A program made the translations under genes and the position numbers. Below are positions 19,483-28,502 of a DNA stretch of 64,000 nucleotides, piece by piece. The stretch comes from a bacterium. Its GTDB lineage: Bacteria > SZUA-182 > DTGQ01 > JBLIRR01. Positions within the stretch are counted from its first letter, which is position 1, and each line of letters starts with the position of its first letter. The notes below the pieces were generated by a model. The model was not told the origin of the DNA. It made no database searches and was given only the letters and a program-made list of their open reading frames with translations. Location of the stretch: assembly GCA_049472395.1 (NCBI GenBank), contig JBLIRR010000028.1:6897-70896 (forward strand), in the 5' to 3' direction.

Positions 19483-20010
19483 TTATTTCTCCATAGGGAG
19501 TATTGATTGTAGTTGACTATACGATTCATCCCCAGCATTTTTAATTCGTGGGCATTGTGGCAATTCTACTTCACGCTTACTTAAAGCCGCCGCAAATGCC
19601 ATGCATGTTGTATACCCACATTCCTTACAATTAATTCGGGGAAGCAATTTAATAATCTCCAAAATAGAAACTGTTTGATATTTTATATGATTTGGCTCAA
19701 TAGAATCTCTTCTTTCATAAAGACTATTCAAAAAATCAATGAGTTTATCGACAGACGCTAATGCCTGCTCACGGCTCTCAAATTTTGCAGCTATGCCATG
19801 ATCTGGATAGAGTGCGCAGGAAAAATCATCAAGCATGAATTTAATATAATGGGGATTCTCATAATACTCTGCCTTTATACTTACTGCATTAATATAGGGG
19901 AATAATGAACTTATATCAATATCAAATGTAAAATGGGCCCGATACACTATTGATCCTGGTTCACAAGCGGGTGTTTCTAAAGAAAAATTAGAATATCCTT
20001 GTATAAACAT
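19483..20010 (-). CDS. (Fe-S)-binding protein (C-terminal putative Fe-S cluster domain)
   Basis: 175 aa. LPRINCKECGYTTCMAFAAALSKREVELPQCP resembles the CooS/ACS-type 'putative Fe-S cluster' motif. Lies immediately upstream of the CMD-like gene. Confidence 0.65.
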   Translation of the reverse strand: MFIQGYSNFSLETPACEPGSIVYRAHFTFDIDISSLFPYINAVSIKAEYYENPHYIKFMLDDFSCALYPDHGIAAKFESREQALASVDKLIDFLNSLYERRDSIEPNHIKYQTVSILEIIKLLPRINCKECGYTTCMAFAAALSKREVELPQCPRIKNAGDESYSQLQSILPMEK

Positions 20011-20078
20011 TTCTTTGCCTCCTTTATTTAGTAAAAAATTTTTCTTTCTTTGTCAGTTGACAAAGGATTTTTATTCCA

Positions 20079-20816
20079 TTATCTTCGCAAGGATGCCTTT
20101 GAAAATATGCGGGAAGGTATTTTAAGATTGAACTCAATAGAATCGATTATAAGTTCGGTTCCAGAGCCTTTTTTTAGAACATCCTTAAAAATCATTCTTT
20201 TCGGATACCAGCGATTATCTATCTTAAAAACCTCTTTGATCCTGAGGGTTTTTAAGAGGTTGCCGCTCTTTGCGAAAAGGTCTTCCCGTAAGGCTACATA
20301 ACGCTCTTTATCAACCCATAATATGCGATTTGAGTATGCCACGTTATCTTCTTTGGCTCTAAGATCTAAAATATAACATGGACGCCCATCGATATCTTCC
20401 TCACCTGATATTTTCGAATCATACGTATTGCTAAGAATAGGATCTTCCATAAAATCCTCATAAGAGATATCAGAGCCCAGCATCGATTGTCTGAGCATAT
20501 GCCCTGCAATCTTGATTATCCGGTCAGTTGAAGGGGTCCATGTCCATAATTCATCTTTTATCTTCAACATCTTTGTTCCCTTTTCACGGGCAGGAGCAAG
20601 ATATTCAGTAAATCCCCTCTCTATTCCCTCTGCCCATGTCTTCGCCTTTACAGTCCGTGTTCCTCTGCGTCCTTTAATAATCATAGTTGAGGTTGAAACT
20701 CGGCTTCGAGCAACAAGGTTCTTATCTATTTTTTCCAAAATGTCTTTACCCGTAGGTGATTCTGCATAAAGGACACTACTATAGAAAATTAAGAGTATAA
20801 TAAATAACTTTTTCAT
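20079..20816 (-). CDS. LolA-like outer-membrane lipoprotein-sorting protein
   Basis: 245 aa with a signal peptide. ...APAREKGTKMLKIKDELWTWTPSTDRIIKIAGHMLRQSMLGSDISYEDFME matches the LolA_like family pattern as recalled. Overlaps the upstream permease gene by 4 nt. Confidence 0.7.
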   Translation of the reverse strand: MKKLFIILLIFYSSVLYAESPTGKDILEKIDKNLVARSRVSTSTMIIKGRRGTRTVKAKTWAEGIERGFTEYLAPAREKGTKMLKIKDELWTWTPSTDRIIKIAGHMLRQSMLGSDISYEDFMEDPILSNTYDSKISGEEDIDGRPCYILDLRAKEDNVAYSNRILWVDKERYVALREDLFAKSGNLLKTLRIKEVFKIDNRWYPKRMIFKDVLKKGSGTELIIDSIEFNLKIPSRIFSKASLRR

Positions 20817-22087
20817 ACCTCGAGCTCCTTAAATAATTGTGCGGTTTGTCTCCTGTAAATCCCTATACCGGCAGCCATAGTCCCGAATACAGGGGCAATA
20901 AGACCAGGCATAAATCCGATAATATAACTCCAGCCGGTCACACGGCCTCGCATTACATTATTTAACAACATGGTGGATTTCTGCATCAGGCTTCCAAAAT
21001 CAATACCCACATACTGCAGGTAATACGAAAATGCTAAACCAAGCGCTGTGCCAAGCACAGAGCCGATTATGCCGATAATTATTGATTCGAAAATCATTCT
21101 GCGATATAAAGTACCTTTTGGCTCACCCATGGCAAGGCGAATACCAATTTCTCCATAACGGCGCAGGGAGTTCATCAAACCGGCGTTCCACAAAACAATA
21201 GACATGGCGATTAAAAATATTCCTACTATGATACCCCCGAAAACATTTGCCATATTAATATATTCCGCAAGGCCATTTTGCTCACTGAGACTGAGCATAA
21301 CAGGTGAAAACTCATCATCTTCCACACTAAATTGAGCATTAAATCTTGTTGCCATCTCTAACATAGCATCATCAATGTAGAGCATATCTCTGGAATATCC
21401 CACAATCTCACTGGCGCCATCCGCCATATCAAGGGCGGTTTGAACATCCTTAATATCAGCGATAATAGCTCCCCTATCCATAGCCGTAATGCCAAAACAA
21501 ACAGTACCCACAACCTTAAAATTATGAATGGCCATACTGCCATTCATGGTTGAACTGAGCAAAGTAGCCTCCTCACCTATTCTCATACCTAACTTTCGCG
21601 CAAATTCATCGCTTATTACTATTTCATTCTTATATCGCGGCAATTTGCCCCGCACGAGAGCATCTTCAATATTGAGGATAGATCTTTCAGGAGAGTTCAT
21701 ACTCAGAAGATCTATACCCAATCCCATAACGGAACCCTGTGCACGAGTTTCGCCATGAGCATCGGGTATATCGAGTAAACCACCAAAACGTATACGGGGT
21801 GTGAAGATCATATTCTCTTCATCCTTTCTTAACTGTTCTAATATATCGCGAATCCCTAAAATAGCCAGATCATTGGGGATTTGATCATACAGCTCTCTAT
21901 AGGCCTTCGTCATGATTTTTACATGACCTGTGTTAAATTGAGCATTCGTGTGAACCAAATCACTCATAACCCCATTAAGCCAGCTATAGAGCACCACAGT
22001 CAGGAAAGCCCCCGCACCGACCATTAATACAGGAAAAATGCTCCTTGAATTGTCCCTTATCAAGCCTTTTATTAAAAATCTAATCAT
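20813..22087 (-). CDS. ABC transporter permease, FtsX/MacB-LolCE type
   Basis: 424 aa. N-terminal TM, large periplasmic domain and a C-terminal 3-TM FtsX domain. Translationally coupled (4-nt overlaps) to its neighbours. Confidence 0.85.
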   Translation of the reverse strand: MIRFLIKGLIRDNSRSIFPVLMVGAGAFLTVVLYSWLNGVMSDLVHTNAQFNTGHVKIMTKAYRELYDQIPNDLAILGIRDILEQLRKDEENMIFTPRIRFGGLLDIPDAHGETRAQGSVMGLGIDLLSMNSPERSILNIEDALVRGKLPRYKNEIVISDEFARKLGMRIGEEATLLSSTMNGSMAIHNFKVVGTVCFGITAMDRGAIIADIKDVQTALDMADGASEIVGYSRDMLYIDDAMLEMATRFNAQFSVEDDEFSPVMLSLSEQNGLAEYINMANVFGGIIVGIFLIAMSIVLWNAGLMNSLRRYGEIGIRLAMGEPKGTLYRRMIFESIIIGIIGSVLGTALGLAFSYYLQYVGIDFGSLMQKSTMLLNNVMRGRVTGWSYIIGFMPGLIAPVFGTMAAGIGIYRRQTAQLFKELEV

Positions 22088-23256
22088 GATAGTTTCCCCT
22101 TTAAAGCCTCTGTTGGATTAAGTCTTGATATCTTACGGCTAGGAAGATAACTTACGACAGTTACTGTTACCATAACCAGCACTACTGTCGTCAAAACAAG
22201 TCCTAATGAATATACCGGAAACAACTTATTTGCCATAGCATAGCCATAATCTTGAGTTGCCTGAGGCAGTGTAAGGCCTTTCTTTGCTGTTAAAATAATC
22301 AATGGTGTTCCATAAATCGCACCTACACCCAAAGCAAGAATCCCGTTTAATGCTCCTTCAAGAGTAAAAACCGATATTACCCTAAGACGAGTCATACCCA
22401 GGGCCATCAGAGTGCCTATTTCCTTTCTGCGCTTGAAAATTGCCAGTACTTGGGTATCAAAAATTGCGAGCATGGCAAGAAATAATAGTATTAAATACAT
22501 AATTAATGAAGATACTCTTTTTGTTTTGACCATTTCATGAACATCTTTTAATAAAAAATCATGGCTTTTAAATTCCCACCCTGGGATATCACTATGCCCT
22601 GAAAGATCACGATCAATTATGATTAAAGTCGCCTCATCATCAAGATTGGTCATTTTTCGCAATCGCTTAAGTGGTACCCATAACTGACCACTATCAATAG
22701 TAGGCACTTTTGTATTCATAATTTCAACTATCCTGCCTTCCACAGCGTCAAATGTACCATTGACATCTCTCCAGCGTATCATTAATTGGTCGCCGATTTT
22801 TAACGAATTACTTTCTGCCATACGTCTTCCGATTAAAACTGGCAACATATTTTCCTCTTTTTTTAACGCAGCAGTCGGAATTTCTAAAATTCTCTGGCCA
22901 GGATCAATCCCCTTGAGGATGACCGATTGAATCCTACCTTCAGGATATATTGCTGCTTGTCTAATGAGAATTGAGGCAGCATTACCATTCTGAATTAAGG
23001 TTTTTAGTTCATCAGGCACACTACTATGGCTTTCATCAAAAGAGAATGAATCATATGGATCATAGTTTTTTTGCCAGTATTGACCTCCGCCTACCTCATC
23101 TTTAATCATCTCTGTTGATATCTGATGAAGCATGCCGCTAAAAAGACCCTGGTGCCAGATAATAAGAACATAGACAAGGGACAAAACAGCAACGTTAAGC
23201 CATGTCCTAAGTCCCGCGCCTATCAGATTCCGATATGCTAATCTTAGCGATAACAT
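22084..23256 (-). CDS. ABC transporter permease, FtsX/MacB-LolCE type
   Basis: 390 aa with the same topology as 20813..22087 (KRRKEIGTLMALGMTR FtsX hallmark). Confidence 0.85.
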   Translation of the reverse strand: MLSLRLAYRNLIGAGLRTWLNVAVLSLVYVLIIWHQGLFSGMLHQISTEMIKDEVGGGQYWQKNYDPYDSFSFDESHSSVPDELKTLIQNGNAASILIRQAAIYPEGRIQSVILKGIDPGQRILEIPTAALKKEENMLPVLIGRRMAESNSLKIGDQLMIRWRDVNGTFDAVEGRIVEIMNTKVPTIDSGQLWVPLKRLRKMTNLDDEATLIIIDRDLSGHSDIPGWEFKSHDFLLKDVHEMVKTKRVSSLIMYLILLFLAMLAIFDTQVLAIFKRRKEIGTLMALGMTRLRVISVFTLEGALNGILALGVGAIYGTPLIILTAKKGLTLPQATQDYGYAMANKLFPVYSLGLVLTTVVLVMVTVTVVSYLPSRKISRLNPTEALKGKLS

Positions 23257-23274
23257 ACATGTATCCCCCTCATA

Positions 23275-23961
23275 TCAATTCACAACTTCATCTTTGACAA
23301 CCTGCCCATCAATCAGAAAAATCTTCCGTTTTAAATAGCCTATTACCTTTTCATCATGTGTAGCAAAAATAAAGGTTGTCTTTAATTCCCGGTTCAGCCG
23401 GATCATTGTTTTTAAAATATTATGTGAATTATCAGCATCCAGATTGGCAGTTGGTTCATCCGCCAGCACTAATTCCGGCTGCTTAACAATGGCCCGGGCG
23501 ATTGCAACACGTTGGGCCTGCCCACCAGAGAGCTGTGCAGGTCTTGAATGTGCCCTATCAGCTAAATGTACCCATTCTAAGGCATCCAGCACCTTCTTTT
23601 TTCTTTCCTTTACACTACTATTAAGAAGGAGCAAGGGAAGTTCAACATTCTCAAAGACCGTATAGACCGGTAATAAATTATACGTCTGAAAAATAAAACC
23701 CATGTGTATACTACGTAAGCGGGCTGCTTCTCTTTCTGACAGTTTCTCTACTTGCCTATCAAGGACTATCGCGCTTCCCTCCGAAGGGATATCAAGGGAG
23801 CCGATAATATTAAGAAGCGTTGTTTTGCCGGAACCACTCGGTCCGATAATACCGCAAAATTCACCTCTTTTGACCTCTAGATCTATATTATTAAGGGCAG
23901 TAAATCTTCCACCCCCAATTGGATAGTGCTTATTTACTTTTTTTACATTTACTAATGTCAT
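23275..23961 (-). CDS. ABC transporter ATP-binding protein (MacB/LolD-like)
   Basis: 228 aa. Walker A GPSGSGKTT, signature LSGGQAQR, Walker B LVLADEPT, H-loop ATHD. Confidence 0.95.
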   Translation of the reverse strand: MTLVNVKKVNKHYPIGGGRFTALNNIDLEVKRGEFCGIIGPSGSGKTTLLNIIGSLDIPSEGSAIVLDRQVEKLSEREAARLRSIHMGFIFQTYNLLPVYTVFENVELPLLLLNSSVKERKKKVLDALEWVHLADRAHSRPAQLSGGQAQRVAIARAIVKQPELVLADEPTANLDADNSHNILKTMIRLNRELKTTFIFATHDEKVIGYLKRKIFLIDGQVVKDEVVN

Positions 23962-23987
23962 AATTACGCCTCTTATTTTATATTTTC

Positions 23988-25088
23988 TTAATGGTTATAT
24001 GTAACCATACAATGAACACCTTCACCGTTATATGTACTGCCGCTATTTTTCCTATTGGAAAAAGCAATCATATTAATCTGCCAGTTATCATAGGTACGTT
24101 GCCAGCTCATATATGAGTATGCTTTCTCTTCATCCCAGTCATAATATTCAATAATTCTGATGCTGTCTATTATGCCGAATAAATAATCCATGGATAAAGC
24201 GGAAATATCTTTTTGCCGACTTTGATCTTCCTTATTCGTCTCTACGATGGTTGATTGTGTAAAATGTTCAAAAAGAAGGTGGATACCCGACTCCAACGTA
24301 TAATCACTCCCAATCGTTATGAATTTTCGTACTGCATCATTCCTGGGATCTTTTCTTATTCTCTCTATCGATGTTTCAAGCCATAAACCTATTCCTAAGT
24401 CCCACTCACCATCAACCGCTAAACGGTTCTCTATACCATCTGAAAGAGAGTATAGAGCACTGTCCGGATTCGCTTCATTTACATATCTATGGTTATAGCT
24501 CAAGGCAATTTCTCCCCTATAGACAGGAAATTGATAGCGGCCCCCGAATTCCATATGGTCATCGTCTGTTTTAATAAACTCTAATCCTTTAAGCTCATTA
24601 TTGCCATATAATCCCCAGAGCCAGAAATTTGAATTATTAAGAAAATAATAACGCTCCAGCATGCCATATACTCCATCCGTCAACTTAAAAGGGTCTTGAG
24701 GGTCCAATGTATCAAACCACATTAGTGTACGTAAAATTTTAGCCGGTCCAAAATTTATTTTCTGAAGCCCCACTCTTGTTTCAGATTGTGATGTAGCATA
24801 ACGAAGCCACAATCTATATAACTTCGCATTGGAGTTGTTATCAGCCTCACTGAGGGAATCGAGAGGAGCGGAAATATGAGAATTTACCGCTATTTGGGCA
24901 TCGAGAGATCTTTCTCCATCCAATGATTTAGAAATACTTGCCTCCGGCGTATATCGCAGACCAATCTCGGTTTTACTCCTCACCATGAGCCAGCTTGAGA
25001 GCTGCCCCCTCATTTGCATAGATTGCGCACATAGATTGGCTGGGATGATAATAAGGATAAGTATAATAAATCTTTCTGCTCTTTCCAT
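23988..25088 (-). CDS. putative outer-membrane (porin-like) protein, first gene of the ABC operon
   Basis: 366 aa with a signal-like N-terminus (FIILILIIIPANLCAQS). Y/W/G/N-rich alternating segments. No family recognised. Confidence 0.5.
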   Translation of the reverse strand: MERAERFIILILIIIPANLCAQSMQMRGQLSSWLMVRSKTEIGLRYTPEASISKSLDGERSLDAQIAVNSHISAPLDSLSEADNNSNAKLYRLWLRYATSQSETRVGLQKINFGPAKILRTLMWFDTLDPQDPFKLTDGVYGMLERYYFLNNSNFWLWGLYGNNELKGLEFIKTDDDHMEFGGRYQFPVYRGEIALSYNHRYVNEANPDSALYSLSDGIENRLAVDGEWDLGIGLWLETSIERIRKDPRNDAVRKFITIGSDYTLESGIHLLFEHFTQSTIVETNKEDQSRQKDISALSMDYLFGIIDSIRIIEYYDWDEEKAYSYMSWQRTYDNWQINMIAFSNRKNSGSTYNGEGVHCMVTYNH

Positions 25089-25183
25089 ACTTCTCTACCC
25101 TAACTCTTGTGACAACTCTGTTAATAAGGTATAATAAAACCTCTATCTTTCTATTTCTTGTGCAGCATTATAGTGCTTATTAG

Positions 25184-25199
25184 TGCGAAATCGATGCCA
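25184..25199 (-). promoter_or_regulatory. sigma-54 (-24/-12) promoter of the OMP-ABC-LolA-like operon
   Basis: The minus strand reads TGGCATCGATTTCGCA, with GG and GC at canonical 12-nt register. IHF-like AATCAACAAGTTA lies at 25217-25229. The sequence is identical to the copy at 26215-26230. Confidence 0.7.
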
Positions 25200-25249
25200 T
25201 ATCACGTATTAAATAAAATCAACAAGTTACAAAAACATATAGCTATAAA

Positions 25250-25315
25250 TTGTTATATGTGATAATTTTACTTGCCATATATGATAATTTTGCTAATATG
25301 TACCATATACGATAA
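25250..25315. promoter_or_regulatory. putative enhancer (UAS): three 16-bp palindromic boxes TTRYC-N6-GRYAA
   Basis: TTGTTATATGTGATAA (25250), TTGCCATATATGATAA (25272), GTACCATATACGATAA (25300). Centre spacing is 22 then 28 bp. Confidence 0.6.
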
Positions 25316-25320
25316 TGTTT

Positions 25321-26175
25321 TTAATATTTCTTAGCAACAATTGCAAATTCCATAGATTCAGGCCTGAAAATTGTACCGGCAACATCAGAATACCGTTCTT
25401 CAATTTTAAAACCGTTTTCCTCAAATTCTTTCCTGAGAGATTCCGGACTGAAATACTGTAGCCAGTTGTATACGGTCTGTGTTCGTGCTTCTTCAATTAT
25501 CGTGTATTTATCAAGTATAACCTTTTCCTTATCATATTTGAATGTGTTCAGAAATCCGTAATAATTTTCAGGTGACCAAAAACCATTGAGCTGCATGTAT
25601 TCATACGTTGCAGCCTCTTCTCTCTGATCGAAAGCGTTCAGTGAGTATACATCAAGCAGAACCGAACCACCGACATTCAGATGTCTGTAAAACTTGGCGA
25701 GTATTTTTTTTCTTTGCGTTGGACTAAGAGCGCAAAAGTCACACATAATCATCGTGATCAAATCAAACCTTTTCTCTGTCTCAAATTCAAGATAATTCTG
25801 ATAAACATAGTCAATGTGCAATCTCTTCCGTACTGCTGTTTTTTTTGCATACCGTATCGATCGTTCAGAAAAATCTATGCCAGTAACTTCAGCATTATTT
25901 TCTGCAAACTGAGTTGTATACAAACCCGGTCCACATCCAAAATCAGCAATCATTGTGTTCACGTCTATTTTAAAATGAGAAACTATCCATTTTACAGAAC
26001 GATCAATGAAATCTTTGTTTCGGGATGACACGTCAAGGGATTCATTTAGATGACACTCAAGCATCTTTTTTGATGTGTATTCATCGGTCCATAACTCCTT
26101 TGCTGTATAAAACTGAAAAGGTGCAGGACGTGAGTTTATTTCTTTTAATTCTTTAAACATTGATTCTTTAAACAT
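25321..26175 (-). CDS. class I SAM-dependent methyltransferase
   Basis: 284 aa. SAM motif I IADFGCGPGLYT, then VTGIDFSERSI. A 15-bp tandem duplication (26148-26162/26163-26177) contains the start codon, giving two in-frame ATGs. Confidence 0.85.
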   Translation of the reverse strand: MFKESMFKELKEINSRPAPFQFYTAKELWTDEYTSKKMLECHLNESLDVSSRNKDFIDRSVKWIVSHFKIDVNTMIADFGCGPGLYTTQFAENNAEVTGIDFSERSIRYAKKTAVRKRLHIDYVYQNYLEFETEKRFDLITMIMCDFCALSPTQRKKILAKFYRHLNVGGSVLLDVYSLNAFDQREEAATYEYMQLNGFWSPENYYGFLNTFKYDKEKVILDKYTIIEEARTQTVYNWLQYFSPESLRKEFEENGFKIEERYSDVAGTIFRPESMEFAIVAKKY

Positions 26176-26214
26176 TGATTAATCCTTTCTGTTTTTTATT
26201 AGACTCTATATTAT

Positions 26215-26230
26215 TGCGAAATCGATGCCA
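26215..26230 (-). promoter_or_regulatory. sigma-54 (-24/-12) promoter of the methyltransferase gene
   Basis: The minus strand reads TGGCATCGATTTCGCA. The predicted TSS is about 29 nt upstream of the ATG at 26175. IHF-like box at 26248-26260. Confidence 0.7.
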
Positions 26231-26280
26231 TATCACGTATTAAATAAAATCAACAAGTTACAAAAACATATATTTTAAAA

Positions 26281-26346
26281 TTGTTATATACGACAATCTA
26301 ACTTGTCAAATATGATAATTAGATTAATATTTATCATATAAGATAA
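26281..26346. promoter_or_regulatory. putative enhancer (UAS): three TTRYC-N6-GRYAA boxes
   Basis: TTGTTATATACGACAA (26281), TTGTCAAATATGATAA (26303), TTATCATATAAGATAA (26331). Centre spacing is 22 then 28 bp. Confidence 0.6.
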
Positions 26347-26397
26347 TGGCAGATTTACATAGATAAATCATCTGCGGTTATGTTAATGATCATGACT

Positions 26398-27930
26398 TCA
26401 TTTTATCTTCTTATATTTTATCCCTAATTTATTCATTCTGTTTCTTAAGGTACTAGCATTTAAACCGAGCAGTTCGGCAGCTCCACCAGGACCGTGAATT
26501 TTGCCACCTGTTTTTGATAAGACTCGACGAATATGGTGAGAAGTAATTTCATCCAGATTATCCGTTTCAGAAACATGATCTTGAATAACATTACTTTTTT
26601 TCTTCATGGGCAGATTTATGTCGTTGAAATCCAGTGGCCCGGAGGGATTAAGAATTAGAGCACGTTCAACAACATTCTGCATTTCTCGTACATTACCTGG
26701 CCAGGTATATTTCATCAACATATCGGTGACTCCGGGCGATACTGTTGGAATTGTAGATAACTTAAGTTCTTTTGATTTTAATGTAATAAAATGTTGTAAG
26801 AGTGCAGGAATGTCAGATATTCGTTCCCGAAGTGGTGGAATCCAGATGGGGAATACATTAAGCCGGAACCACAAATCTTCACGGAATTGATGTTCTCTTA
26901 CCATTTTTTCCAAGTTACGATTTGTAGCGGCAATTATTCTTATATCCAATGAAATTGTATTGACACCACCAACCCTTTCAATTTCTTTGCTCTGCAATAC
27001 CCTTAACAAATGCACCTGGACTTGGAGCGGAAGTTCTCCAATTTCATCTAAAAATATCGTTCCTTTATTAGCCCTTTCAAAACGCCCCCTTTTTTGTGCC
27101 AGAGCACCTGTGAAAGCCCCTTTTTCATGACCGAAAAGCTCACTGTCAAACAGGGTATCGGGAATGGCACCGCAATTTACACTGACAAAAGGACCGTCGC
27201 TTCGTGAGGAAGAATTATGGATGGCATTGGCGATAACATCTTTACCGACACCTGTTTCTCCTAACAGTAATATCGGACTGTCCAAAGCTGCCACTTGTTG
27301 AGCCTTATACATTACCTCTTTCAGACCAAAGTGTGCCCCGATGATTTCATCCCCGGAGAGCCGCCTCAGTTCCCCATGGAGATAGCGGTTGTCATCAGCT
27401 AATAAATCTTTCAGCTTTTGCAGTTCGCGGTGTTTGAGTGTATTGGACATGGCAATGGCAAATGTCTCTTTCAATAGCTCTAAGTACATTGCGTGGTGTG
27501 CTGAAAATTTTTCATCTCTTTCTGATATAGTTACCAGACTGCCCAATATTTGGCCCTTCGATTTGATAAGCATTACCATAAGTGAATTACATGACACGTT
27601 GTGAAACTGGAGCATTTCCCGGCTGATTGCATATTTATGAGGATCATCAAAAATGAATACATCCTGATGAGCCGAGATGTCTTTCATCCCGGCTGATTTT
27701 TGAGCATCTTCAGATAAAGGTGTCAACAGGTCCACTTCACTGCATTCGGAAAACGTTGCTGTGGCAATCGTTCGCATCGCTCTAAAATTAAAATCAAATT
27801 GCTGCAAAAACATCCTGTCAACAGGCATCACTTGTTGTAAAAAATGAAGGCATGCTTTCAATGCCTCCTCAATTTTCAGATTGCCACAAATTCTTAAACT
27901 TACCTCACGAAAAAATTCGTTCTTATCCAT
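26398..27930 (-). CDS. sigma-54-dependent transcriptional activator (GAF sensor + AAA+ + Fis-type HTH)
   Basis: 510 aa. Walker A GETGVGKD, the diagnostic GAFTGA loop (HEKGAFTGA), DEIGELPL, and C-terminal HTH AAELLGLNASTLRNRMNKLGI. GAF-like N-terminal domain. Confidence 0.95.
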   Translation of the reverse strand: MDKNEFFREVSLRICGNLKIEEALKACLHFLQQVMPVDRMFLQQFDFNFRAMRTIATATFSECSEVDLLTPLSEDAQKSAGMKDISAHQDVFIFDDPHKYAISREMLQFHNVSCNSLMVMLIKSKGQILGSLVTISERDEKFSAHHAMYLELLKETFAIAMSNTLKHRELQKLKDLLADDNRYLHGELRRLSGDEIIGAHFGLKEVMYKAQQVAALDSPILLLGETGVGKDVIANAIHNSSSRSDGPFVSVNCGAIPDTLFDSELFGHEKGAFTGALAQKRGRFERANKGTIFLDEIGELPLQVQVHLLRVLQSKEIERVGGVNTISLDIRIIAATNRNLEKMVREHQFREDLWFRLNVFPIWIPPLRERISDIPALLQHFITLKSKELKLSTIPTVSPGVTDMLMKYTWPGNVREMQNVVERALILNPSGPLDFNDINLPMKKKSNVIQDHVSETDNLDEITSHHIRRVLSKTGGKIHGPGGAAELLGLNASTLRNRMNKLGIKYKKIK

Positions 27931-27960
27931 TTTTTTATCCTATCCTTTATTGTTCGATAA

Positions 27961-28026
27961 TCATCACATATGATAATTATAAAGATAGTTATCAAATATG
28001 GCAATCATTATTGCTGTATATGATAA
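27961..28026. promoter_or_regulatory. putative enhancer (UAS): three TTRYC-N6-GRYAA boxes, mirror arrangement
   Basis: TCATCACATATGATAA (27961), TTATCAAATATGGCAA (27989), TTGCTGTATATGATAA (28011). Spacing is 28 then 22 bp, which is 22 then 28 when read away from the promoter at 28079. Confidence 0.55.
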
Positions 28027-28078
28027 TTGTTTAAAGAGTGATTCTTCTAAATTATTGATATTATTAATGGTGCAATTT

Positions 28079-28093
28079 TGGCACAGCAATTGC
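28079..28093 (+). promoter_or_regulatory. sigma-54 (-24/-12) promoter of the 94-aa gene
   Basis: TGGCACAGCAATTGC is a near-perfect match to TGGCAC-N5-TTGC. An IHF-like box (reverse complement TATCAATAATTTA) lies at 28048-28060. The ATG at 28147 is preceded by AAGAGGAAAG. Confidence 0.7.
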
Positions 28094-28146
28094 CTCAGTT
28101 ACACATAGAATATCATCGATGAAAATACAAAATAAGAGGAAAGAAA

Positions 28147-28431
28147 ATGAAATGGTTAGAAATTATCGAACTGCGATCAGCAAAATCAAATCTGGAATTG
28201 CTAGAGTCACAGTTGCAAAAATTATTAAATGATCTTGAGAAGGAAGCAAAAAAGCATACAATAACGGCTTATAGTCGCGTAATGATAGATAACGATTTGA
28301 GTATTCACCTCATTCACGATTCAAAAAATGTTGAAAAAAACGGAAGTTCACTAGGTACACATCTGGCGTCTTTATTGAAAGAGTATGGCATGGTTAATCA
28401 TAGCGTATGGGTCGAGTTGAAAAGCACCTAG
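28147..28431 (+). CDS. small hypothetical protein (94 aa), sigma-54-driven
   Basis: ORF with a good SD and a dedicated -24/-12 promoter. No family recognised. Confidence 0.6.
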   Translation: MKWLEIIELRSAKSNLELLESQLQKLLNDLEKEAKKHTITAYSRVMIDNDLSIHLIHDSKNVEKNGSSLGTHLASLLKEYGMVNHSVWVELKST

Positions 28432-28466
28432 GTACTATTTGAATGTATGGATAAGGAGTTGAGAAA

Positions 28467-28502
28467 ATGCAAAAAGTTCTTGTCGCCGGTGCCACAGGGA
28501 AA
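28467..28502 (+). pseudogene. stub of an NAD(P)-binding (NmrA/SDR-like) gene
   Basis: AAGGAG followed by ATG..., reading MQKVLVAGATGK (Rossmann GxxGxxG start). The sequence then switches abruptly to the antisense of an AAA ATPase fragment. Confidence 0.45.
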
